From NCBI RefSeq assembly GCF_006345805.1, contig NC_043022.1, positions 10,788,001 through 10,852,000 on the forward strand: 64,000 nt of DNA. The letters run 5' to 3'. A model generated the notes under the pieces. That model ran no database searches and had not been told where the DNA came from. It worked only from the letters and a program-made list of their open reading frames with translations. Position numbers and translations under genes: made by a program. Shown here piece by piece: positions 1 to 13,178 of this stretch (positions are counted from its first letter, which is position 1; every line of letters starts with the position of its first letter). This DNA comes from Octopus sinensis (Eukaryota).

Positions 1-279
1 TAATTAGTTGATTGATTGCCTAAATTAAATTTGTCGCTTCATCCACGTTGAATACGATTTCAATCGTGGTTGTCTTGGTGAGCGAGCAAGCATGACTGTC
101 ACAACCTCTCGTAGGATCGATCAACTTCATTTACTAAAAGGGGAATGATATTCAATAGATTGATCGAATACTTACCCCCCCCCCAGTATTTATTGTCTCG
201 CTTATCTATTATTATTTATTTTTTACTTTGTGTTCAAATCCCTCTCAAGTCGTCTTTTACCGTTAATTCTTTTGAGGGC

Positions 280-425
280 CGGCAAAATAGGAAATAGGTT
301 GGTGGTTCGGTGCCACTGGTTCAACGACCGAATGTCGATTAAATAAATACCTTGCGGTATTTAGGTACGGCCTTCTACGTTCCTCGTTAAAATCCCGCCG
401 AGACACATTTCATCCTTCCGTTGTG
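280..425 (+). mobile_element. Diverged SINE family C fragment (tRNA-derived)
   Basis: cttgcggtattt...acgttcctcgttaaaatcccgccgag...tttcatccttccg aligns by eye with the better family C copies (e.g. reverse complement of 13660-13881). Confidence 0.5.
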
Positions 426-570
426 TTCTATTATAATTTGATTTTCATCTTAGATAACACATACACACACACATAACAAGCACACACGACAAACAATATA
501 ATGTTTATTATGCACAGATAACATGATAAATATTGTACATATACGCACAAAGATATATATACACATACTA

Positions 571-589
571 TACACGATATATATACAAC

Positions 590-629
<40 letters not shown>

Positions 630-1485
630 ACACGATATATATATATATATATATACAACACGATATATATATATATATATATAATATATATATATATATA
701 TAAACACGATATATATATATATATATACAACACGATATATATATATATATATATACAACACGATATTATATATATATACAACACGATATATATATAATAT
801 ATACACACGATATATATATATATTATATATACAACACGATATATATATATATATACAACACAATATATATATATATATATACAACACGATATATATATAT
901 ATATATATCTATATACAACACGATATATAATATATATATATATATATATACAACACATATATATATATATACAACACTATATATATATATATATTACAAC
1001 ACTATATATATATATATATACAACACTATATATATATAATATACAACACTATATATATATATATATATACAACACTACATATATATATATACAACACTAT
1101 ATATAATATATATACAACATATATATATATATATACAACACTATATATATATATAATATATATAACACTATATATATATATATAATATATATATATACAA
1201 CACTATATATATATATACAACACTAATATATATATATATATACAACACTATATATATATATATACAACACTATATATATATATATATACAACACTATATA
1301 TATATATATATATACAACACATATATATATATATATATATACACACTATATATATATAATATATATATACAACACTATATATATATATATAACACACTAT
1401 ATATATATATATTATACAACACTATATATATATATATACAACACTACATATATATATATATATACAACACTATATATATACACAA

Positions 1486-1544
<59 letters not shown>

Positions 1545-1560
1545 TACACGATATATATAT
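571..1560. repeat. Compound minisatellite, unit ACAACAC(G/T)(AT)n
   Basis: Many tandem units directly visible; CACG variant up to about 925, CACT variant from about 970. Confidence 0.95.
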
Positions 1561-2734
1561 ATGTATATGTATATTATACACACACGTCACGGTATAATAT
1601 GCATACACAACACACTTATATATGTGCGTGTGTATATTTGCCTTTTTGTGTGCGCCTTTCTCTCCTTCGCTCAGGTATCGATAAAAAATGCGAGTACCAC
1701 CACTCAAATACCAAGGACCAGTTTATATTGCTATAATACATTTTAGATGTGAAAGGAATTATAATAGAAGAAATATAACAATTGAGACAATATAGAAGGA
1801 TACAATAAAGACTACAGCCCTATATAGCTCTCTATTTAATTTCTGTGGCCTTGGGCCTTTATGCTAGAAATTGAAAGGAAAATTATTATTATTGCGATGG
1901 AAACGTTGAAACAGGTTCTACTTGTATTTTGAAACTGAACCTTACACAAACACAATGTGTGTATGTATGCATACATATACATACGTGCGTGTGTGTATAT
2001 ATATATATATATATATACACATACACGCACTGCTGTGACAGCGAATACTTGGTCTTTTGGATTGTCTTATGGTGTAACGTCGACACAAACATATGTTAAA
2101 TTGTCTCGTAAATGAGGGCCTCATTTGGTTGCAAATAATAAAACGAAAACCCTCCAGGTTTTTGATCGCTTCAAAATCCATATATTTTGTCACATGTTTA
2201 GCAATGACCAACGTCGTTTCAACCGAACCCAATTTGTCATTTCGTATATCTGCAATTAATTATATTGTCGAACATGTCTTTCCTTATCTATGATGGCCAA
2301 AAGGTGATTTTAGAGAGATTTCGCTGCTTATTTCTAACTTATGTTTTTGATATTTAGCCGAAGGTCAAGTGAAATTGATCAGGTCTATGATTAAAGATGT
2401 CTCAGTTGTGACCATCCCGTCTTGTTTTCTTTAGGTAGGCATAAGTAAACCCTGGACTACATTATGAATTGCGTCCTTTTCTAAGACATTAAGGTGTGCT
2501 TAGGCTACAATATGTTTGTTAACAGATGCTTTCTTCTCGTTTCTCCATGTGACAACATTTGTCACCAAAGAAACCGTTACCTTGTCGCTCCCCAGGCCAG
2601 AAAAGCAGCCAAATCCCCCTCAAATCACACACCCTATACTCCTAAAAAATGGGAAGGTCATATATATGGGTACCTCTTATGTCTCTCCATCCATCAAAAG
2701 TCATGATAGTCACGGCGGGAACGTCTTTGATCAT

Positions 2735-2997
2735 GGCTCTAGTCGAACATTCGACTCAAGTACTTATTTTTTAATGTTTGTTACTTATTTTATCGTTTCT
2801 TTCGCCGAACCGTTAAGTTACGGGGACGTAAGCAAACCAACACCGGTTGTCAAGCGTTGGTGCTGGGGGACAGGAAACACAAAAACGCACAGATAAGCAC
2901 ACACACATATAAGTACATATATATATATATATATACACATACACACACGACGTACTCTTTATTTCTGTCTACCAAATCCACTTACAAGGTTTTGATA
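2735..2997 (-). mobile_element. SINE family A, partial copy lacking the head
   Basis: Matches the family A tail and internal CA tract (ccgaaccgttaagttacggggacgtaa...ggttgtcaagcg; gtctaccaaatccact); CpGs retained. Confidence 0.7.
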
Positions 2998-3364
2998 AAT
3001 GTATGAATGTTTAAACAACTGTTCCTTTTTTTCACGAGGTGTGTGGGACTTCGAAGGGACTGCTATTCTAAAACTTCATGACAGTCGATAAAAAAAAAAA
3101 AAAACATTCAAAAATCATTCGTCAGCCTTGATCGAAAAAAAATCCATGATCAAATGTATTCTACTCTACTCTTGTCCATTTATTTAATGGTTCCTTTCTT
3201 TTTTTTTTTTTTACTTTTGCAAGACAATAAGATGCTATTGGGCTGCTATTTCTAGCATGATAATTGCTCACGTAGAAATTTCCCTCCCTCCTTGGTTAGC
3301 ATTCATTCATAGGTTTAATATATACTACCCGCGATCTTATCTCGTTCGTCATCTGCTAGATTAT

Positions 3365-3610
3365 GTTTAACACCCCGCCACATACCCACACCATCGTAGA
3401 ACTTGATCCAGACTTTATGATCGAAAGTTTTCCAGCTGTGACCATCCCGCCTTTAAAAAAATTTTTTTTTTTGTAAATCTAGGGTTACAGTGTATGAGAT
3501 TTCTTTTGCTTTCCTTTTTTGTTTTGTTTTTAAATGCTGTTAGGTGTAATTTGAGGAAGATCATAATCGGCTGCTATTTCTAGCAGATTGTGCGACCGCA
3601 TAGAAGAATC
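3365..3610 (+). repeat. Unclassified dispersed repeat family G
   Basis: Motifs tatgatc.aaag...ccagctgtgaccatcccg and gtgtaatttgaggaagat...ggctgctatttctagcag recur many times in the window. Confidence 0.6.
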
Positions 3611-4617
3611 AGCCCGCCCTTTCCCTACTCCTTACATGAATCTGTTATTTGCCGATCAAGCAAACAAATAAGCTACGCAGTGACGATGACGGCGATGATG
3701 ATGATGGTGATAATTGTGCTGCGGGGGGTGAGGGCTGTGTGAAGGAAACCTCTTTTCAGTTGTCATTATCACCGAACTAACCCCTTTCTCTTCCCGATTA
3801 ATTTATCCTTTTAACCCCTTACTTAATCAGTCTCTTCCCCCCACTATCTCTCTCTCTCTCTCTCTTCCATCGACATTTTCATTCAATGCGCTGTGCTTGA
3901 CGTTCACTGACAAAATAACTCAAATAGTTGTCTCGTGAGAAGACCCTCCGCTCCCCCCCCCATCCATCTCTCAACCGATCTCATCATTTCTCTCTCTCAT
4001 TCATTCATTCTAACCGACATTTTTTCCATTTCTCTCCCTCTTGCTCCCTTTCTCTCATTTAGTCTTGTCGGTTTATTTCCACGATCGCTAAACCTACATA
4101 TTCTTACAATGACGGTCAATTGGACTCACGGCCATTCTGGGGCATAAGTATAAAGGTTTTAGTCGAACAAACCGATGCTGATAGCTACTTCTCTCCCCCC
4201 TCCCCCCACACGATCGTTTTCATCTTTCTTCAAAAGTATGGTTTTAATTAAGTTTCATATTTTACTAACCACAATATGGTTAATATTATTTTCCTAACGG
4301 AAATTTACGTTTTCTCGGGTGTCTCTGTGTGTGTTATACAGAGACGACGCACAGGAAGGCCAGTTTGCCCAACAAGCACAGGTGTTAAGTAGCTCACACT
4401 TTCCTCTGGCGCTTTGTGCTCCCCATTAATTAGGATGAGAGCAACAGAAAATGCCTTTGCTCCAGGGTGTTGTGAACCCTTAGAAATAACTGACATAGTA
4501 ACTTTTTTGTGTATAAATGAAACACGTACACACATACAATGAAATTTGAGTAATAAAAGCATGTGTTTATGTGTATTTGTGTGTGCATGAGTATATATGC
4601 ATGTGTGTGTGTGTGTG

Positions 4618-5574
4618 CAGGAAAATGTGGAGAACTACAGAAACCTTTCTTGCTGGTCTTTTATGATCCCCAAAAAGTTTTTGACACTGTCCCATGCAGT
4701 GGAAGGTCCTGATTGTTTGTGACGCTCAACTGGGCACTTTGAGATGGCATGACTGGACAGGTGAACGTACCTAAACAACACACTGGAAGATTTTTAATCC
4801 CCAGTAGCTTGAAGCAGAAGTGTGTACTTACCTCATCTTTGTTCTCCCTGCACTTTGGAAGCATGTTCCACTAAATTCTACCTGACAACCCTCATACAGA
4901 GATCCAGTATTGGTCTTCTTGCAGTTTCTGTCTTCAAAACCTACTAACAAGGCTTTGATTTGCCCAAGGTGACACACAGTGGGACCGAACACAGAATCAT
5001 GTGGTTATGAAGCAAACTTCTTACCACACAGCCATCCATACCTGTGTTGCTGAACTGCTGGGGACTTTCTCTCTGATTCCTTCACCCAAAGAAATGTAGG
5101 AATCAATCAACAACTTCAAAACTGCATTTAATTGCTTTGGTCTGACAACTGACATTCAGAAAACCCCAAATACTTCCACAACCTTCTTCAGACTCAGTCT
5201 TTTCAGATTTCAGTATCACTGTCTCTCCCCACCACACACCACTGGAGGAAGTAGATGTGGAAGCATCCTCAGAATCTGAGCTTTTGGTAATCTCTTTTCA
5301 GCATGTCTTTGGAAACAGGAATCCGAAACTTAGAAACATGAAGCTCATGGTATATGAAGCTTTGGTCGTTTCCATCTTACTCCATGGTTGAGGTGTGGAC
5401 CTTTTTGCTACTTGGATGTTAAAAAACTGGAATAGTTCCATCCACAAACAGTGAGATTAATTCTGAATACAGAGCATAATAATAACTGTCATTCTTGCAG
5501 ACCTTGAACAGGCCAGAACCATCAGCATTGAGGCATTCATCTTCAAGCATCAACACAGATGGTCTGGTCATATT
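4618..5574 (+). pseudogene. Decayed RTE-clade LINE ORF2 (reverse transcriptase and C-terminus)
   Basis: Across frameshifts it reads QEKCGELQKPFLLVFYDPQKVFDTV, LKQKCVLTSSLFSL, VAELL, FGLTTDIQKT, KLMVYEALVVSILLHG, SIEAFIFKHQHRWSGHI, which are RTE/BovB-like RT motifs in the right order. The YADD motif is not recognisable. Interrupted by a SINE head at 4948-5035. Confidence 0.85.
4948..5035 (-). mobile_element. SINE family A head fragment nested in the RTE remnant
   Basis: Reverse complement gives tggctgtgtggtaagaagtttgc...accacatgattctgtgttcggtcccactg (A/B-box-like head). Confidence 0.75.
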
Positions 5575-6139
5575 TGTGTGTTTTTTGAATGTTCACACAC
5601 ACACACACACACACCTATAGGTATTGTATACAGAGCCAGTAGATAGTTATGCAATAGGATTGAACCCTGAATCCTGTGGTTTTGCTGCATACTGCCTCAC
5701 AACTATGCCTACACACACACACACACACACATGTGAGTTTGTACTTGTTGTTCATTTCTTCAATGTCTGTTTCTCCAGGCGTAGACAAGTTAAACATTTC
5801 AGGCAGAGCTTTTTTACATCTGTGTTCTCTTTCTGTCATACAAAAGCTCTTTTATATTTCAGAGAAATTCATCTGTGCAGGGCTGGCAGATGATTTGTTG
5901 GTAAGAAACATCAGTAAATGTCACTGGTTACAATCCAGTGTCAAATGATGTCATCACTGCTTGTACCTGAGCTGCAGATGATGGCATTTGTGGCTGTAGC
6001 TGAACAAACATTGACAAGTGTGTGCACACACCATAAGTAGGGGAATGAAATTTGCTTAGTGAGTGCAAACCCAGGCCCAAACTGTTTTACTAACATGGTT
6101 GTTTTTTTTTTTTATCTTAATATCAAAACAGACACAAGT

Positions 6140-6372
6140 ATAATAATAATAATAATAAAGCTTTCTATTAAAAGCATAAGACTCGAAATTTGGTGGGAGG
6201 GGTTAAGTTGATTATATTGACCCCAGAGTTTCACTGGTACTTAATTTATCAACCTTGAAAGGATGAAAAGCAAAGTTGACTTTGGCGGAATTTGGACTCA
6301 GAATGTAGTGACAGGCGAAATACTGCTAAGCATTTTGTCCAGCATGCTAACGATTCTGCCACCTTGCTACCT
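6140..6372 (-). mobile_element. SINE family C
   Basis: Reverse complement has A-box-like tggcagaatcgttag, B-box-like gagtccaaattc, the core gtcaactttgcttttcatcctttc and an (ATT)n tail. Confidence 0.85.
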
Positions 6373-6384
6373 AGTATAATAATA

Positions 6385-6608
6385 ATAATAATCCTTTCTA
6401 TTATAGGCATAAGCCCTGAAATTTAGTGGGGAGGAGTTACATCAATTACATTGACCCCAGTACTCAACTGGTACTTAATTTATTGACCCCGAAAGGATGA
6501 AAGGCAAAGTCGACCTTGGTGGAATTTGAACTCAGAATGAAGTGATGGGTGAAACACCGCTAAGCATTTCTTTTGTCCAACATGCTAATGATTCTGCCAG
6601 CTTGCCTT
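6385..6608 (-). mobile_element. SINE family C (tandem with the previous copy)
   Basis: Same head, core and tail as 6140-6372. Confidence 0.85.
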
Positions 6609-6632
6609 AATTATAATAATAATTATTATTAT

Positions 6633-6790
6633 TACATCAATCAAATCCAAAAAGTAATGTTTCATAGCGGTCCAAAAAATATTTCTATGCTCATTCATTT
6701 TGGCGATGAATTTTTCCAGGAGGATGTTCAAAGCATTTTCATTGCCCCACTGTAGGTTTGTGATTGCATTCCTTGTTGCTGAGCCTATGG
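6633..6790. repeat. Orphan two-copy dispersed repeat (copy 1)
   Basis: Shares tacatcaatcaaatcc, gctcattcattttggcgatgaa, caggaggatgttcaaagcattttcatt and tgagcctatgg with 39970-40160. Confidence 0.7.
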
Positions 6791-7019
6791 TGTTCACTCA
6801 CATGTACACCTGAAGTACTTCTTTCAGTTTTTGTCTACTAAATTTCCTCACAAGGCAACATTCAGTCTGTAGTTACAGAAGATGATACCTGCCTGAGGTG
6901 TGGCACTGTGGGACTGAAACCAAAATTGCATGATTAGATACAAACCTCTCTAAACCACACAGTCTGTATATCCGCATATATATATATATATAATATATAT
7001 ATACACACACACACATATA

Positions 7020-7295
7020 TATGCCAGTGCTGCCTGACTGTTTCCCCGTGCTGGTGGCATGTAAAAAGCACCAGCTGAAAGTGGTCAATGCCAGTGCCGC
7101 CTGACTGGCTCCCATACTGGTGGCACATAAAAAGCACCCACTACACTCTTGCAGTGATTGGCTTTAGGAAGGGTTTCCAGCTGTAGAAACCTTGCCAGAT
7201 CAGATTGGAGGCTGGTGCAACCTCCTGCCTTGCCAGTCCTCTGTCAAACCATCCAACCCATGCCAGCATGGAAAATGGATGTTAAACGATGACGA
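7020..7295 (+). mobile_element. SINE family D (RTE-type (GAT)n tail) with internal tandem ~60-bp unit
   Basis: Two gccagtgc.gcctgactg...ggtggca..taaaaagcacc units, then ggaaggg...ccagctgtagaaac and caacccatgccagcatggaaaatggatgttaaacgatgacgatgatg. Confidence 0.8.
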
Positions 7296-7929
7296 TGATG
7301 ATATATATTGGATTGGGTATGTTGAATCCACTAAAGCCCTCAGCGTGTTCTCTCTCCCAACCACAGTCTGATGTGGAGACTATGAATTTGAGCTTGAGAT
7401 CATACTGGTTTGATAAGCCTACTCTACCATACTGGCTTAGCATGGATTGTCAGAGGATGCAATTTTTATGCTCTTACCCAGGAGTAGTTAAGTTGATCGT
7501 ATACCACTAAGCATTTCGCCCAACATGCTAACAATTCTGCCAGCTTGCCTTATCTATCTACTTCTATAAATATGTCTGTTTGTCTATCAGTCTGTCTGTC
7601 TGCATACTTTTGTAATTCAAAAGTCCAGTCATGTTACATGTAGTGCCATGCTGATTCTGGCTGTTAAAAATAAAACATATCTGTGGTGTATTCAGCCACC
7701 TGCATATAAAATTCAATGTGTAGGCATTCAGTTGATTGATCAACTGAATGCTCAATCCACAAACATATGTAAAGTATTGACGGACTTCTGCTAGAAACAG
7801 CAGCTAAATCGCATTTCTCTTAAAAGTAGGAAGGGACACATTGGATAGTGTGAACATAGTTATCTCTGAAAAGATTCTATAGGCATGGATGGAATTTCTT
7901 TGCTTCTGTTTTCTTCAATCATGATACGT

Positions 7930-8100
7930 AGGTGCAGGCATGGGTGTGTGATAAGAAGTTTGCTCTCCAACCACATGGTTCCAGGTTCAGTCCCACTGCA
8001 TAATACTTTGGGCAAGTGTCTTGTACTATCACCTCTGGTTGACCAAAGCCTTGTGAGTGGATTCAGTAGATGGAAACTGAAAGAAGCCCGTTGTGTATGT
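7930..8100 (+). mobile_element. SINE family A head/core
   Basis: aggtgcaggcatgggtgtgtgataag...ggttcagtcccactg...ttgggcaagtgtctt...gaccaaagccttgtgagtggatt. Confidence 0.8.
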
Positions 8101-9019
8101 CTTGTGTCTTTGCATGTCACTTTGGGCAAGTGTCTTTTACTGTTGCCTTAGGCTGACCAAAGCCCAGTGAGTAAATATAGTGCATGGGAACCAAAAGCAG
8201 CCAATTGTGTGTGTGTGTGTGTGTATGTGTATAATGTACATATATATGATTGTATGTGAGTGTTAGTGTCTCTCCTTGCTTTGACATCACATGATAGTTA
8301 TGTCACCATGAAGCAAGTGGTATCCTTTGTTTTTCCAGTCTTTTGTGGAAACGTATCTGGTCATGGGGAAATATTAGCTTACTGTGAAACAGGTGAAGGT
8401 TGGCAACAATGAGGGCAACTGGCTATAGAAACTCCACATCAACACATTCTGTCCAAGTCCCACGCAAGCAAGGATAAGTGGACATTAAATGATGATGATA
8501 ATGATGACCATTGATCTGATGCTAATTCTTGAAAATAATCCATTTCGAGAAATTGCTTGATTATAAATTTGTCTCTCGTTAATACTGTACCAACTAGCAA
8601 TAATGTATAATGACGAAGGTGAACTGAGACTGCAGAGGTCCTAAAATAAATATCATGTGAATGAAATGTCAAATTAGTGCAAATAATTACAGTCTTTTGT
8701 TAAACAGTTTACTCATGAATATTAAACAGTTTCTGCCAAGGAGGTTATTTGGTTAATTAGTGTGGGTTTTATTTTTTCTTAACCAGGATTATCAGGCCCT
8801 TCAGGTTTTATGTTTCAATTGTTGTTCATAATTGTTATTTTGTTTATTCTGGTTTCTAAATTGTCTGTTTGAATTGGAAATAATTTAGGATGCTATTTTA
8901 ATAGAGGAGTTTTTATTTTTGCTATTTTAGTCTAGTTTCTTCCTTTATTTCTTCGTTTGAAGAGTAATTACATGGTAATTATTTGTGGATATTTATAGTT
9001 ATGTGTTGCTAGTCCTTTT

Positions 9020-9209
9020 CACCTTTTACTTGTTTCGGTCATTGGACTGCGGCCATGTAAAGGTTTAGTCGAACATATTGCCCCCAGTGTTTGTTTTTGA
9101 AGTCTGGTACTTATTCTATCGATCTCTTTTGCTGAACTGCTACATTACAGGGCTAACACTAGTTGTCAAGTGGTGATGGAGGACAAACGCAACACGCATG
9201 CATGCATGC

Positions 9210-9243
<34 letters not shown>

Positions 9244-9358
9244 GATGGGTTGCTTTTAGTTTCTTTCTACCAAGTTCATTCAACAAGGCTTTAGTCGGCC
9301 CATGTGCTTTGAAGAAGACACTTGTCTGAGGTGGCAGAACCATGTGGTTGAGAAGCAA
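9020..9358 (-). mobile_element. SINE family A
   Basis: Tail, internal TA tract and head all match the family on the minus strand. Confidence 0.8.
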
Positions 9359-9714
9359 TATACATATATGCCTGCATCATTCAATTTTTAATCAATTTTG
9401 TTTGATTTTCCTCCACCAACCCATTGGAGGCTAGATAATTCTGCCTCTTGTGTCTGTGTAAGAAATTGTTTTGACTTATTCTGGCAGAAATGTTAGAGCA
9501 TTGGTCAAAATGACTTACAGCATTCAGTTTCAACTCTTTATGTTGTATGTTCAAATCCTGCTGAGGTCAACTTTTTTTTTCCTGTTATGGCTCAGTCAGT
9601 GGATTCAGGACAGGAAAGGATGAAGTTATCCTTAAACTGGAAGAATCGGAGTGGAATCTGCTGAAGGCACAAATGGAAATCCTGTTGGGAAGTAATAGTG
9701 AAGCTAGATATTAG

Positions 9715-9905
9715 AAATGCTGCCAAATCTTACTCTCACCATGACCACTACACAGATAGGACGAGAACCTTTACATAGTTGCTTGTCCTGCATTGGATTA
9801 TGTAGCATTAGAGAGATCTGTAATACAGATGGGATGGTCATTGCTGGAATGACTTTTAATCCTAAAATTCAGATTGATGAAGACTGACCTGGGGTTAAGC
9901 AATGC
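9715..9905 (-). repeat. Repeat family G
   Basis: Reverse complement contains ttaaccccaggtcag, aatgaccatcccatc and atttggcagcatttcta. Confidence 0.6.
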
Positions 9906-11437
9906 AATTCAAAACTAAAAAGGAAATAATTGACTGTCAGTAAAGAGTGAAAAAGGGTGCAGGGAGCCCCACATAAACAAGTTGCTGTATAGTTTCTGTG
10001 TCTACCACAAGACCTTCATAACTGTGTGTGCTATGGTACAAAGTACTTGCCCCAAAGTTGTTTTGCCAGTGGGATTGAACCCCCAGCAAAAACCTTGTGG
10101 TTGTGTACTTAAATTTCCTAGTCTCTGATCCATACCTTGTAAACAGTAAATTAAAAAAAAAAAAAAGAAGTTAATTATAAATCTCATTCGTTATCTCTTC
10201 CCACTGGGCCTGCTACAATGTGTTTCAGTATAGTCTCTGTTATTTTAGTAGTATTTGAACGCGATCTGATATGAATCTAAATATAATAAAACAGTAATAA
10301 AATATGCAAATAAAACGTGTGGGAGCAGAGGGGTGTGGTGCCGGGGGGTGGGGGAGTAGGAACAGTTTTTAAATATATTGTTTTATTTTCTTTTTATAAT
10401 TCTGATAGAAGATAGGAATTTAAGTGGCAGGGGTGGAGAGCTTTGTGAGGGTGTGTGCATGTGCATACGCATATGTATCTTTGCATGTGTGCATTTATGT
10501 ATGTAGAGGTGCATGTGTCTGAGCTTATGTACTTATATGAGCACTGTGTTTATGTATTTGTGTGCTCAAAAGTATTTGTGACTAGATGTTTGTGTATATA
10601 TGCATTTACATGTGTATGTATGTATGCATGTATGTCTATAAAGCATGTATGGATGAGGTTATGTATTCATTTATGCACATGTTTGTATTTGTGTGGTGCA
10701 CAAAAATGTGTACATGGTTGCACATGTTGACTGGGTGGAAAGGTTCTCTGAAGTGAAGTTATCCAGAGTTGAACAAAATCTGGAAAGATGCAGGAAGGAC
10801 AAACCTATTTTTAAATAGTTTTCTTTTTTTCTAGCTTAGTCAGATGGGGAAGGTTTAAGACCCATGATATCTTGCAGGGAGGGGCTCTGAGATGGATGGT
10901 TAAGTGGGAGAAGAAACCAGGACTCTTGGGTTGTTGCATTTGGAAGCAATGTAACTCAAAACATCAAGTTAACCTCAGAGCTTAAGATCTAATCTGAATA
11001 CATGTAATCGAGTGGTCTCCACCAAAGGAACCCAAGGGACAACTGGTGGTGTTGGGTGTCAAAAAATTGAGTAATTGAGAACTGCAGATACAGTTTCCAC
11101 ATACCAAATTCCACTTGCAAGGTTTGGTTTGTCCACGCCCTTCTTGAGGCGTTAGTAGAAGACATTTGTCCCAGGTACCACTCAATGGGATCAAACCTAT
11201 AACTGTGGGGCTGATGTAGTGGAACTTTGCCTGACCAACACTTGATGGAGGAAATCAGAGCAAACTTATTAAAGAAATGAACTGTGTGTATGTGGGTGTT
11301 TATACACACATACACACACACACAAATGCCCCAAATTTTGAAATCCTATTGAATAGGGAAGTAATGCATTTCATTGCCAGGAAATGCTTTGTGACACACA
11401 CACACACACACACACATAAACACATATGTATACACGT

Positions 11438-11477
<40 letters not shown>

Positions 11478-11632
11478 TCACGGAGTGGTTGGCGTTAGGA
11501 AGGGCATCCAGCTGTAGAAACACTGCCAAATCAGACTGGAGCCTGGTGCAGCCTCTATGGCTTACCAGACCCTGGTCGAACCGTCCAACCCATGCTAGCA
11601 TGGAAAACGGACGTTAAATGATGATGATGATG
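11478..11632 (+). mobile_element. SINE family D 3' part
   Basis: cactcacggagtggttggcgttaggaagggcatccagctgtagaaac...aacccatgctagcatggaaaacggacgttaaatgatgatgatg. Confidence 0.85.
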
Positions 11633-11799
11633 ATATATACATGCACACACACTGGACTGCCATTTGGTATAGAATTGTTTGAATATAGGTTAGTAAATAA
11701 CAGAGTAACATGATTAGTTGGGCTGTTTCTGGAACAGATACTGTTATGATAGTGTAATTCAAGACATGATAAACACATTCTCTGTTTTGTCTGTCAAAC

Positions 11800-11802
<3 letters not shown>

Positions 11803-11852
<50 letters not shown>

Positions 11853-11893
11853 CACACACACACACACACACACACCACACACACACACACACA

Positions 11894-11920
<27 letters not shown>
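11803..11920. repeat. (CA)n followed by (CT)n microsatellite
   Basis: Directly visible. Confidence 0.95.
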
Positions 11921-11924
<4 letters not shown>

Positions 11925-12791
11925 CTCTGCCATTCTGTTTTATTATTGGCTCTTTAATGTCTTTCTTTCCTGTTTCATTACTTCGTTCTTCTCTTTCTAA
12001 GTTTTGACTAATTCATTGGCTCTCACTTTTAACTCTGTAATTATTTAGATATCAAAGCTGGTGGTGGCAGACGGACTGGCGGGAGTGCAACAAGGGTGGG
12101 TGTAGTAGTAGCAGTAGTAGTAATCATGATGGTGGTGGTATTTGAATGTTTGGCGACATGATCAAAACTTTGTTTCATTCTCTTTTATTTTTAACATTAT
12201 TATTATTAATATTATTGTTTTCCCAAAAGACTTGTTTTACATATAGGAGAATGACCCAAACAGTAGTCCACTCTTCAGTAACATATCAGGTGACAGACAT
12301 TTTCTAGAATTCTCTATCTGTATTGGTTTATATATGTGTGAACATACAAACATACATACTTAAATGTGCGCAATTTTTATACATGTACTTGCTTGATGTC
12401 ACATGAAAATTGCTTTATCCCTTGACATTCATGAGAAACCATTACAATTCCATTGCTCTGTCCTTTCTCTTTTCCCCTTGGTACAATTGTTTGTCTTTCA
12501 GATATTGTACCATCACAAAATCCCTTGCAGTTATGTCATCACCTCACACAATCATTGAAATTGTCATTGCCATCTTTACCCCGCTCACCACAATTGTCAT
12601 TAACTCCCTACCCCTCAGTGTTGCCATTTTCCCCTCTTGTCATTGGTACTACCCTCTTGTCATCACTGCCATTGCACCTCACCATTGTTGTCTATGATTG
12701 TTGTTATCCTGTGATGTCAAAGTGTCAAAAATCTTACACTGTCCTTGACATTACTGTATTTATTACTGCTATAACCATGGACAAAATATTG

Positions 12792-13178
12792 CTCTTTTAC
12801 TCATTTGACTGTGGCCGTGTTGGAGCACCGCCATTAGTCAAGCAAATCGTCCCCAGGACTTATTCTTTGTAAGCCCAGTACTTATTCTATCAGTCTCTTT
12901 TGCCGAACCACTAAATTACGGGGATGTAAACACACCAGCATTGGTTGTCAAGTGATGTTGGAGGGACAAGCACACACACACAAATGTATACACATATATA
13001 TACATACATATACATATATACATACACACACGACAGGCTTCTTTCAGTTTCCGTCTACCAAATCCACTCACAAGGCTTTGGTCAGCCCAAGGCTATAGTA
13101 GAAGACGCCCAAGGTGCCATGCAGTGGGACTGAACCCGGAACCATGTGGTTGGTAAGCAAGCTACTTACCACACAGCC
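12792..13178 (-). mobile_element. SINE family A, near full length
   Basis: Full tail-CA tract-core-head order, ending ...gctacttaccacacagcc. Confidence 0.9.

Noticed and set aside
571-1560. CRISPR-like repeat-spacer appearance
   Set aside because: The 'spacers' are only (AT)n of varying length; the context is eukaryotic and there are no cas genes.
1640-1745. Strong-looking splice acceptor (cctttctctccttcgctcag) and short ORF
   Set aside because: The sequence is better explained as a decayed SINE C core (gcctttc.tcctt...gtcgataaaa..agtacca).
9590-9712. Open frame KDEVILKLEESEWNLLKAQMEILLG
   Set aside because: It sits between SINE C and family G fragments, has weak splice signals and no recognised homology.
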